A stretch of DNA of 64,000 nt from Phoronis australis (lineage: Eukaryota; Animalia; Phoronida). The notes beneath the pieces were generated by a model. It ran no database searches and was not told the DNA's origin. It saw only the letters and a list, made by a program, of their open reading frames with translations. Below, piece by piece: positions 11,775 through 22,455 of this stretch. Made by a program: the position numbers and the translations under genes. Position 1 is the stretch's first letter. The number at the start of each line of letters is the position of its first letter. Location of the stretch: the NCBI GenBank assembly GCA_002633005.1, contig NMRA01000044.1:338594-402593 (forward strand), read 5' to 3'.

Positions 11775-14700
11775 TTATTTAACATATTTTTCCATAAATT
11801 TTTTATGAAAGTCCGAGCGGAGTGTATCGTTGACAAACCGCTTCTCCTTTTTATCATCCTCGACTCGGGCACAGTTTTTAAACACGACATCATCGTCCCA
11901 CCTGAAAAGACAATCAGAGGTGATTGCACATCAGTTTTCTTTCAGTTGTTACAGCAATGCACAGAATGAAGAATTTGTGAAGAAAATGGCATTAGTCCAA
12001 ACATAGCATTATGGTCGGTAGTATAAAGGCCTGTTAGAAATATAGACAAATGGTTTTGTTTGAAGCGGTTATAAACCCACATAAACCAACTTTTGATTTA
12101 GATCACTTGGGGTGATTACATATCAGTTTTCTTTCAGTTGTTACAGCAATGCACAGAATGAAGAATTTGTGAAGAAAATGACATTAGTCCAAACATAGCA
12201 TTATGGTCGGTAGTATAAAGGCCTGTTAGAAATATAGACAAATGGTTTTGTTTGAAGCGGTTATAAACCCACATAAACCAACTTTTGATTTAGATCACTT
12301 GGGGTCATGAAATTGGTCTCAAATTGGAGGTGATTCCAGGACTTGCAAAGAACTGACAAATTCGTTATTGCTTGAAACCGGGCTCAGCAAGCTGGCTTGT
12401 CATGCCATGTCATTTTATGTGACGAGTACGGACTCGTGGAATAACCAACCGTCAATTCTTTGCAAATCACTTCCCATCTGAGTAAAGAACAAGAGCCCAG
12501 TTCTGAATCAAAAGTTCGCTTCTTGGACAGAACGTGGATTTGTGGCAGCTTAGCGTGCATAAACACATTAAAAATGCAGCGCTGCGGTAGGCAATACTCA
12601 AAAGATAACATAGTTTATTGTGGAGTTCACAACAGAATGTTCAGAGAATGCCACAAGCAAGAAAGACAAACCCATGCAATCTACATTTGTATGAGGAATC
12701 CACCCTAAAAATGTTTGTAAATCGTGTATATACAAAGACTTAACAGCACTGATAACAAAACACACACATAAGACAACGTACCTCCGTTTCACTTTAAAGT
12801 CGGTAGGGGCCGCTTTGTCTTGATTTAAAAGTGGGTTACCCTTGATTATGTTCTCCATCCGTATCCTCTCCTCCTCAGCTTTCCGTTCTGCCTCCTGAAA
12901 GAGGCATTTCAAAGTACTAACACAGTGTGCACAGCTGGGGGCAGCTCAACTTGAAGCCTACATCCCCATTTTGCTCGATATGAATTCAACAGTCTGCAGG
13001 GGTTGGAACGACCAATGAGAAAACAGAGGAAAATTTTCCAGGAGATGTATCGTTACACAAATGAATAGGTTTATGCGATAGAGAAATTTTTGTGTTGTAA
13101 AATTTAAATGAAATAAAATGATTTTGCATGGATAAAGTCAAAATAATGACAAAAAAGAGACGAAAGAGAGGAAACTGTAAATCAAAGAGAAACCAAAAAA
13201 GAGGAAAATCCTCTTAATAGAGGAAAATTCCAAGCTCTGAGTCTGATATCAGTCACAACATCATTCACAGAAACCCATTTTGACCAATTATGAATGCTCA
13301 GTGAGAAGAAATCATGCAAATTGTCACGATAAACCATGCATGAAGCATTATACGAACTGTTTTAACAGTTCGTAAAATACGAAAACTTGTAAACATAAAC
13401 ATATTTATATCATATATCATTCATTCAGTACGGTTAACAAAAATTGCCTGTGCACCTTGAACAACTATAACGCTCGTAACTTTAGTTCATTAAACATGTT
13501 TAGAGCATTACACCTAAACACACTGCATGTCAAAAAACTAACAAATGTCATGATTCAGAATGATTAGGATCAGTCAATTCAAACAGTTATGAACAACACT
13601 CCTACACAGCTGGTGTTCTATTCAATATACTCTGGCAGCAGACAAACTTCTACCACAGATACCAGCAAACATCCAATACCACAGTCATAGACTTTTCATT
13701 GTTTGCAAGGCTGACACAATATCGCTCCAAGAGGCTACTACATGTATCACTTAAAATGTCAACTTTTAAGGGATAAACCGTGTTTTCTTCTGTTGCTCGA
13801 GCATTGACGAAAAAACTACCTGGGTAACCCCATACATTAAAAACAACAAAAATCCATTGACTGAAGGCTTTACTTAGGGAAACTTTTGAGGTTCCCAATA
13901 GGAGAAACAAGTTCTTGAGTAACTCAATAGTGTGGACAACACTTGAGTGTTGGTACATTTGGATTTGGATTTAATGTGTGAATTCCGATCTTCAGTGTTG
14001 GGAGTATCTACCAAGAGTTTGTCGCAAGTTATCACTGAATTCAACAGATTCAACCCTAGTTTTACCTTTTTGCTGGCTTCGGCTGCCCGCTCTTTCTTGA
14101 TTCTCTGCAACTCAGCCAACAGTTCAGCTGTGTCGTCATCATCATCGGAGTCTTCGTCATCTTCATCCTGCACAAAACAAATGCAGGAAAAGTGAAAATA
14201 CATAGATCAATCTGAATACAGAGGACATATAGCTGAAACAACCTTTGAAATCCTTAGGTGAATGAGTTGATCACCAACTTGGTGGCCAAGTCTTAAGACC
14301 ATTGTGTTTCAGATGTTGTGGCAGGTGAAGCTGATAAACCATAAAGCTATGAATATTGACTAATGTGGTGCTCATTTCTGAGGGTCATAGCCATAAACAG
14401 GCCTTCACGCTCACAATGAAACACTAACTAAAAACCCTTGTAATGTGTCAAAACAAAGCTTGCTTATAGCACGCAAACAATTTCAATAAGCAAATGGACT
14501 GGAAAACAACTTTTTTCACTCAGATTATGTGCCCTGCAAAATTATAGGTTGGTCAGACAGAGAGGGGGTTTGTCGCTTGGACATTACTTTTGAGAATCAG
14601 TCAGGAAGAATATTGTTAGGATTGCTAACAATAAATTCTGTGTGACTCTTTGATGTCAATAAATCTGCTCGTTTTGACTAAAATAACATAACTTATTGAC

Positions 14701-16882
14701 AATAGTGATAGCAATGGTAACAAAACCTTGAGATGTAACTCTTGGTACAACCTAAAGACAAACATAAAAAGATCGCTTCAATGTGTAATTTATGGTATTC
14801 ACTGCCAGGAGGTGCTTTGTAGCCGAGACTGAACAACCTCTCAAGAAACAAGGAAGAGCTGCTGGGGAAAGAACTTCATTGGCAGTACACCACCATTTAC
14901 ATGACATGAGACGAGTTTAGCAAAGGAAATTTGGAGATTTCGAGCAGAGAGAAAAACTGGTCGATAGAGGGTACATTCAAGCCATACAAACTTCTCTAAA
15001 TATGCTAGGTGGTGCCAGTTTCAAATAGTCGTCAGCTTAAAATGAAAGTGTTGGCAATCTGATAAACGAGATCCCACGTGACCAGAGTTCCACTTGAAGG
15101 TAACAAGACATCAAAGAGAATCTCAGTATTAAGTTAATACAATCCAGCAGACCATATTCAATATGCATTTCCTGGATGGCTTACGAACCACATTTTATCA
15201 TTAGTAGTGATAATGATAACAATAATAATTTAGGAATCAACCACTCACTTCATCATCCACAGGGTCATCTGCGTCGAGATTTGCTGCTGGGATCTGGTCT
15301 AATCTTGGTCGCTTACCACTGGATGATGATGAGGATTCTGTGAGAATGAAAAAAAAGCAACAGATAAGTCAAGCAGGTTCAAGTTGTCTTGTAGTTGGAA
15401 AATATTTGTGAATTGCTTATATCACCAAATTCCAAAAGTACATTTGATGACAAGGAAGTGGAGAAACTGAGCTTTGCTTGCCTACAATCCCAGATGTCTA
15501 CACGAGACAATATAGAACTCATTTGTAAAACGAGGCAACTAGATTAGCAGACTGAAACACTGAACATCCTCAAGTATAGGTTAAAATTAACTATAATTTA
15601 TTTTAATACTGCGTAGATAAATCTTCCCTTGAATTTTTATATTAAACTTTTGTGGCAACAGCCAAGTACAGCTGCTAATTCAGGACAAACCTCGGCCTTT
15701 GTTCCTTTTGTCCCTAGCAACACGCTCACGATCATCTAGCTCCCTGCGGAAGTCACGACCCCTCAACTCATTGGCTGAGTTCTGTCCCTCTTGCCTATGA
15801 ACAAGAGTCGATTGTAAGAATTACAACAACATACGTAGAAAATCACAAAGCAACGACCAAAGGGTGACTTGGTATTAGCTAGGTGGCGCTAGTAAATAAA
15901 TATCTGTCTTTAAAATTTGAATAAAATGAGAGCTAAAGCAATTCATCAGCACAGGGTTGTTTATAGAGTAAGAGTCCCACCTGATGACCTGAATGCAGAC
16001 ATTTATACAGGTAGGACCCTCATCTGCCTAGTGCCGCCTAATTCATTTTGAGTCGCTCATTGAAGACCCCAAGGCCCTTTTTACTACCACACAAACTTTA
16101 TGTGGACATTGGCAAGAAATTCTCTTTAATTTGGCGACTGTCATAATTGTTTAATGTCAACTTAAGTTTCTAATAAAAATAAAAATGTTCCCTGATTTTG
16201 AATGCCTTTTTGCCAAATCAAAGGGGATAAAACTCAATAAACAATAACATTCACAAAATTGCTTGAGTATAATTGATAAACACATTTAGACAAATTACAA
16301 ACACTTCACATGCATAGATTGATGCCATCAATGAAGTACTTGAAAAAACTACAACAGCCAAAACATAGATGTGGGTGGAACAAGGATTACCGAAAACCTT
16401 TGTCAGTCCTAACGAACTGAACACAAATGCCGCCAACTGGTTCGTTCTGGCAACTATTACGTGGACCTGCCAATTCCAACCTGTAACGCACAACTTTGGG
16501 AAAAGTCCGTTCCGACAGTTTCATTGTCCCCCACTTTTGTTGAAACAACAGCACACACACTACACACCCGACTCTCTTGTAGTTGCTTTTAGAACTCCCC
16601 GACACTCCTAATCACGTGACATTCATAACTGTTACAATAGGTCGGTCTATACGCGGCCCCATTGCAAACATGCACAACAATTGAACCAAAATGTTACGAA
16701 CAATGACTGCTAAAAATTACTAACACTTTCATGATTAGCAGCTGGACTCACCTATATTTAAGCTTGGTGTGAGCCGGTAGATCACGTGACGAGTACTGTC
16801 GGGAGAGTGCACTAAGATCCTTCTCTCCCTTGCCAGACCCCCCTCTGGCGGGTTCAAATGTCGGACGGGCAGCTGTTGTCAT
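11775..16882 (-). CDS. CWC15: Spliceosome-associated protein CWC15, 6 coding exons, ~221 aa
   Basis: Exons 16752-16882 ([15 protein letters not shown]...[14 protein letters not shown]), 15691-15794, 15249-15337 (NLDADDP), 14066-14167 ([17 protein letters not shown]), 12782-12894 ([11 protein letters not shown]...FKVKRR), 11775-11901 ([12 protein letters not shown]...[20 protein letters not shown]); GT-AG, sum 666 nt. Confidence 0.96.
11919..12304. repeat. Tandem duplication, 2 x 192 bp, in the last CWC15 intron
   Basis: 11919-12110 repeated at 12111-12302 with a few substitutions; no N at the junction. Confidence 0.9.
12997..13239. mobile_element. MITE of the same family, 6-bp TSD AGTCTG
   Basis: AGTCTG|CAGGGGTTGGAA...TTCCAAGCTCTG|AGTCTG. 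Confidence 0.75.
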
Positions 16883-17162
16883 GACTACTTCTTATAACAC
16901 TGTGACAAAAAGAAGCGTGCAACATTATGTGACTATTCTCGTATTACAGCGTCTGAAATTTGCCATTCTGCATTCCCCTGTTATCATCCATCACCACTGC
17001 CTAACGCACCCCTTATGTTTCTGATAGTAAGACCCAGGACTTATATACAGAAAATGCCATACTTTATACCTTAATTCAAGTATCCTAAAAATGTGCCCTG
17101 GTGTATTTTTGGAAACAAGGGTCTTATTTTTAACAGGAAATGTACCAAGTACATCGGCATAN

Positions 17163-18634
17163 CCTCGGCCTTTGTTCCTTTTGTCCCTAGCGACACGCTC
17201 ACGATCGTCTAGCTCCCTGCGGAAGTCACGACCCCTCAACTCATTGGCTGAGTTCTGTCCCTCTTGCCTATGAACAAGCGTCGATTGTAAGAATTACAAC
17301 AACATAAGTAGAAAATCACAAAGCAACGACCAAAGGGTGACTTGGTATTAGCTAGGTGGCGCTAGTAAATAAATATCTGTCTTTAACATTTGAATAGAAT
17401 GAGAGCTAAAGCAATTCATCAGCACAGGGTTGTTTATAGAGTAAGAGTACCACCTGATGACCTGAATGCAGACATTTATACAGGTAGGACCCTCGTCTGC
17501 TTAGTGCCACCTAATTCATTTTGAGTTGCTCATTGAAGATCCCAAGGCCCTTTTTACTACCAAACAAACTTTATGTGTACATTGGCAAGAAATTCTCTTT
17601 AATTTGGTGACTGTCACAACTGTTTAATGTCAACTTAAGATTCTAATAAAAATAAAAATGTTCCCCGATTTTGAATGCCTTTTTGCCAAATCAAAGGGGA
17701 TAAAACTAAATAAACAATAACATTCACAAAACTGCTCAAGTATAATTGATAAACACATTTCGACAAATTACAAACACTTCACATGCATAGATTGATGCCA
17801 TCAATGAAGTACTTGAAAAAACTATCACAGCCAAAACATAGATGTGGGTGGAACAAGGATTACTGAAAACCTTTCTCAGTCCTAAGGAACTGAACACAAA
17901 TGCCGCCACCTGGTTCGTTCTGGCAACTATTACGTGGACCTGCCAATTCCAACCTGTAACGCACAACTTTAGGAAAAGTCCGTTCCGACAGTTTCATTGT
18001 CCCCCACTTATGTTGAAACAACAGCACACACACTACACACCCGACTCTCTTGTAGTTGCTTTTAGAACTCCCCGACACTCCTAATCACGTGACATTCATA
18101 ACTGTTACAATAGGTCGGTCTATACGCGGTCCCATTGCAAACATGCACAACAATTGAACCAAAATGTTACGAACAATGACTGCTAAAAATTACTAACACT
18201 TTCATGATTAGCAGCTGGACTCACCTATATTTAAGCTTGGTGTGAGCCGGTAGATCACGTGACGAGTACTGTCGGGAGAGTGCACTAAGATCCTTCTCTC
18301 CCTTGCCAGACCCCCCTCTGGCGGGTTCAAATGTCGGACGGGCAGCTGTTGTCATGACTACTTCTTATAACACTGTGACAAAAAGAAGCGTGCAACATTA
18401 TGTGACTATTCTCGTATTACAGCGTCTGAAATTTGCCATTCTGCATTCCCCTGTTATCATCCATCACCACTGCCTAACGCACCCCTTATGTTTCTGATAG
18501 TAAGACCCAGGACTTATATACAGAAAATGCCATACTTTATACCTTAATTCAAGTATCCTAAAAATGTGCCCTGGTGTATTTTTGGAAACAAGGGTCTTAT
18601 TTTTAACAGGAAATGTACCAAGTACATCGGCATA
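17163..18634 (-). repeat. Second copy of CWC15 coding exons 1-2 region (duplicate of 15690-17161); probable uncollapsed haplotype
   Basis: Near-identical direct copy at offset 1473, joined at a single N (17162); repeats exon 1 (18225-18355) and exon 2 (17164-17267). Confidence 0.85.
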
Positions 18635-20444
18635 GAATGAAAACTCCAGAGTTTAACCAATACCCACAGGCCGTTGAACCTATGTTCTTCCTATCAACAA
18701 ATAGCACCAAAGCTTAGTAATATTAAAACATGAAAGTTTGACTTTGAAAATCAGTCTGCTTCTCTAAAATATGGATAGAACTCTGCGAACACATCTTTGA
18801 ACACCTTTCTTTCACTTGATCACATCTAATTGCCTTTGAGTGGTGACTTCGAACGAAACACTCCACACACAAAATCAGGGAAGCAAATTTGAGATGTAAT
18901 GGCAGACAATCTTTGCGTATATCCGCGTCTCTGACCGACGCTCACGAAGCAATTTTGAAAGACAATGTGCGGGGAAACTCTTTCCTCGCACACGTAAATA
19001 AACATGTCAGGTTGCACTTCATTAGCAACAGACAATGCTACACAAACGTATGTTCCTAAACACAAAAATAAACCTTTCCTTTGCTTTACTATCATGTTGG
19101 AAAATTGAAACCTTAAATTGAAAGTTTTGCATTTCTTAGAGAAATTTTGTCGCCACATTGCCCCCATCAAGTACAATTAAATGTGATCAAGGAAAGATAA
19201 TGCTTTGGTGATTTATACATGTACTACCACTCTGTGCTCAAACATTTTATTTGGATTTTAGACACTTGAAGTTCGAAGATCAGATTCTGCAAACTTGTGA
19301 GTGTCTAACCTTAATATGTTTTAACATGGTTTGAGTCATTGGCAGATTTGGTGCTTGTCCCAATTGCCAATGCTTTTAGCAGAGAAGCCAAAATTACTTA
19401 AAACAAACTATGTCTTGTTCCTGATAAGACTGTCTCTGTTTGAAACTTGCTGATACTGTTCATATCAGAAAATTCAAGTCGTAGAAAGTTTTAATTGCGG
19501 CTCTGAAAGTAGGCTCAGCTATTTCTACACAGTACACACCAGTGCGGCGACACATGACTTCCAGATAAAAACTCTAAATCGCTTGTCAAGTAGCAATTGC
19601 CTCTTGGCTGAACAGTTTAGACACTTGGTTCTCACATGTGCAGCCCGTGTTCAAGGCTCAGTGTCGACAAAATTTTCTTCACCACACCATTCTCTGAGTA
19701 GACGTTGTACAACTTTCAAAGCAATCAAAACTAAACGAAAAAGGACCAATGAATGCGAGTGGAAGAGTGAAATTGATTTGACAACGCACTGACGAATTAA
19801 ACACCTTTCTGAGAGGGGACCATGCCCCCCCTAAAATTCTCCAAGATTCCAGTTGGCAGTATGGGGGTTTGAATGTCTGACAGACAAAATCCTGGCTAAT
19901 AATCTGTCCTGGCCCCCCTTACTCAATATCCTGAATTCGCCCCTGCTGCTGCTTAATTAGTGAAGCGATCTTTTGAGTCGGCTTTTAGCATCATGAAATA
20001 TTGTGTCACCAATTGGCCAGAATATTTTATGCCGAATTTTTCAATCAACTGTTTTTCTTCCACGAGGTTGCGTACATGTCATAACAAATTATCAGAACTG
20101 GTTTCATTTTGCTACAAGTTTTTATTATTTTAATACCAGCAAACTGAATTTCAGAAAAAAAAATTGCTGCTGCAAAGCTGTCATCATCTCCTGAGAGATG
20201 TCGCAAAACTTTAGGAAATGACATGTGCGTGTGTCACAAGCATACAATTTTCAAAATGACAACAGACTTTTTTGTTACAAAAGGCAGAGAATTATGCAAG
20301 CAAATTACGCTTATTAGATTGCATTCCACTAAAATGATTGCAACAGGCAAGGCAAGTGTTGGTTGACCCCCAGACTTTGCAAGCATTTCCCCCACCTCCC
20401 GCTGGTCCTAAGGTAGCTTTAGCTCCAGATGTTCCAGATGATGA

Positions 20445-20699
20445 CGTCGTAATAGCCGAGATTGCCCGACCTCGGGAATCGAACCAGCAAGCCCTATTTA
20501 ACCGGCGAGGGTGCTAACCATTCAGCTAATAGGCAATTGCCCGTTAGCGAGTGGCTAACAGAGGTTCATATGTGATTCACCGGAAACACTTTCACAACAT
20601 TCCCCCCTTTCCTATCAACAAGCACACCACCAGACAGGTGTACCTTACATTATGCCTGTACACATACCTTGCACCCTGTCTGTACAGGCACCCTTACAC
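20445..20699 (-). mobile_element. Second (probably allelic) copy of the TRIM 3' LTR + PPT + part of the internal region, interrupted by an insertion
   Basis: 20392-20699 matches 21367-~21672; LTR 20445-20599 with intact A box (20518-20528) and B box (20475-20485). Confidence 0.8.
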
Positions 20700-20935
20700 C
20701 TAGGCAATGACCATCGCCTCTGTTGGCCCGAAGCAGAGGCGATGTAGAGGCTATAGGCGCTCTGTACGCTGGAAGCTTTTCGGCGAATTATGCCTCGCAC
20801 CGACTAAACCATCAAAGTCACGTTGTTACAAATACCTTTTGCGCATAGAGGAACACCTTAGGAGGGTGTCGATGTGTTTAATTCCTTCCAACTCGAACAA
20901 ATACTCCCGTTATGAAACTTTTTCTTCGAGCAGTC
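20700..20935 (-). mobile_element. Helitron-like 3' end (GC-rich hairpin + CTAG) inserted in the TRIM
   Basis: Minus strand: 11-bp stem CATCGCCTCTG/CAGAGGCGATG (20712-20744), 8 nt, then CTAG (20700-20703), exactly where similarity to the TRIM stops. Confidence 0.5.
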
Positions 20936-21365
20936 CCTATTTCAGTTCCCAAAATCGTGAACTCAACTTTTTTATACTGCGCACGCTCCAATTCATGACC
21001 TCAATCTTTAAATAGGCCAAAGGTGAGCCATTGCGGTCTTGGCAGTCAAATGTTCGTTTCCAAAATGCCACCACTTATACTTGTCTTTAATTGGCGTTAC
21101 TTGAAACTGATTGTATTTCAATGAATCATTGTTTGTATTTGATAAAAACAAATGCTGTTGATATGACATTTAATAGTCTTTTTGCACATATTTGACATTT
21201 TAATGTTTAACAACACGGCAAATGCACGGCTGGTTCCCGGCAGCACGTACGCGAAGGGCGGGAACTTCAGCTTTCAAAGTTCGCCGGTAGGTCCGCAACT
21301 TCTGACCTTCGGCCTGGTTAAAAAAATGAAAAAGTTGAGTTCACGATTTTGGGAACTGAAATAGG
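20936..21365. mobile_element. MITE with >=35-bp terminal inverted repeats
   Basis: CCTATTTCAGTTCCCAAAATCGTGAACTCAACTTTT at 20936 and its exact reverse complement ending at 21365; right flank cut by N. Confidence 0.75.
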
Positions 21366-21419
21366 NCCACCTCCCGCTGGTCCTAAGGTAGCTTTAGCTC
21401 CAGATGTACCAGATGATGA

Positions 21420-21953
21420 CGTTGTAATAGCCGAGATTGCCCGACCTCGGGAATCGAACCAGCAAGCCCTATTTAATCGGCGAGGGTGCTAATCATTCAG
21501 CTAATAGGCAATTGCCCGTTAGCGAGTGGCTAACAGAGGCTCATATGTGATTCACCGGAAACACTTTCACAACATTCCCCCCTTTCCTATCAACAAGCAC
21601 ACCACCAGACAGGTGTACCTTACATTATGCCAGTACACATACCTTGCACCCTGTCTGTACATGCACCTTACATCATGCCTGCACATGTACCTTACATTAT
21701 GCCAGTACCCTACCATCAAGCGTGCTGTCTCAGGCCCCAGGGTCTATGAAGTGCTTCATCGGTATGTCATCCGTTTGCCGACTACGCCAAATATCGTAAT
21801 AGCCGAGATTGCCTGACCTCGGGAATCAAACCAGTTACCTTGATTTAACCAGCAAGCATGTTAACCATTCACCTAATAGGCAATTGCCTGTTTAGTGTTA
21901 GCGAGCGGCTAACAGAGGCTCATATATGATTCACCGAAAGCACTTTCACAACA
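21420..21953 (-). mobile_element. Miniature non-autonomous LTR retrotransposon (TRIM) with tRNA-like sequence inside its LTRs
   Basis: Direct repeats 21792-21953 and 21420-21574, both starting TGTTGTGAAAG on the minus strand; PBS TGGCGTAGTCGGCA (21776-21789) 2 nt inside the 5' LTR; PPT AGGAAAGGGGGGAA (21575-21588) abutting the 3' LTR; LTRs carry A-box-like TAGCTGAATG(G/A) and B-box GGTTCGATTCC (degenerate in the 5' LTR). Confidence 0.85.
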
Positions 21954-22455
21954 CTGATATAAGTTTCATGAGAGGTGACGAGCAGAACTACCTGGGGTGT
22001 GTGAAATTTCAGGATCTAGAGAAGCTCAACACGCAGTGGTACCTTGCTGTATTTTGACGATAGTCTTCATGCAGCTAGATTGCTGCCTAGTTTACCAACC
22101 ACTCCAGAAAGAAACTGAGAAAGTCGCACACTCTGTGTAAACTCAACAGGGTACCCTCTTCCTCAAAGACTCTCAAGACAATATGTTGACAATTTCATTT
22201 CAAAGTGAGTATCCTGAATTTGATTACTCATTACAACAACATCCAAATTGTATTTCAAATTCAATATCATAGCATCATCACCTTTTTGAGCTTCCAACAG
22301 CAGATACCGCACGATAGACAACAATGGTGGAACTTCCTGTTGTTTTTCTATCCACCACCAGATGACGCGACTTCGTTTATAAGAAATGCACAGATCGATA
22401 GACACAAGTTTCTGCGTAAGAAGTCGGCGAAGTTTGTGTCCAATTGTTGCCAAAA

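Noticed and set aside
16365-16666. GC-richer segment in a CWC15 intron with small hairpins, a GU-rich tract and a terminal ACA; candidate sno/scaRNA, telomerase RNA or RNase P/MRP RNA
   Set aside because: No telomere template, no convincing H or C/D box pair or guide complementarity, and about seven differences between the two copies, so no sign of extra constraint.
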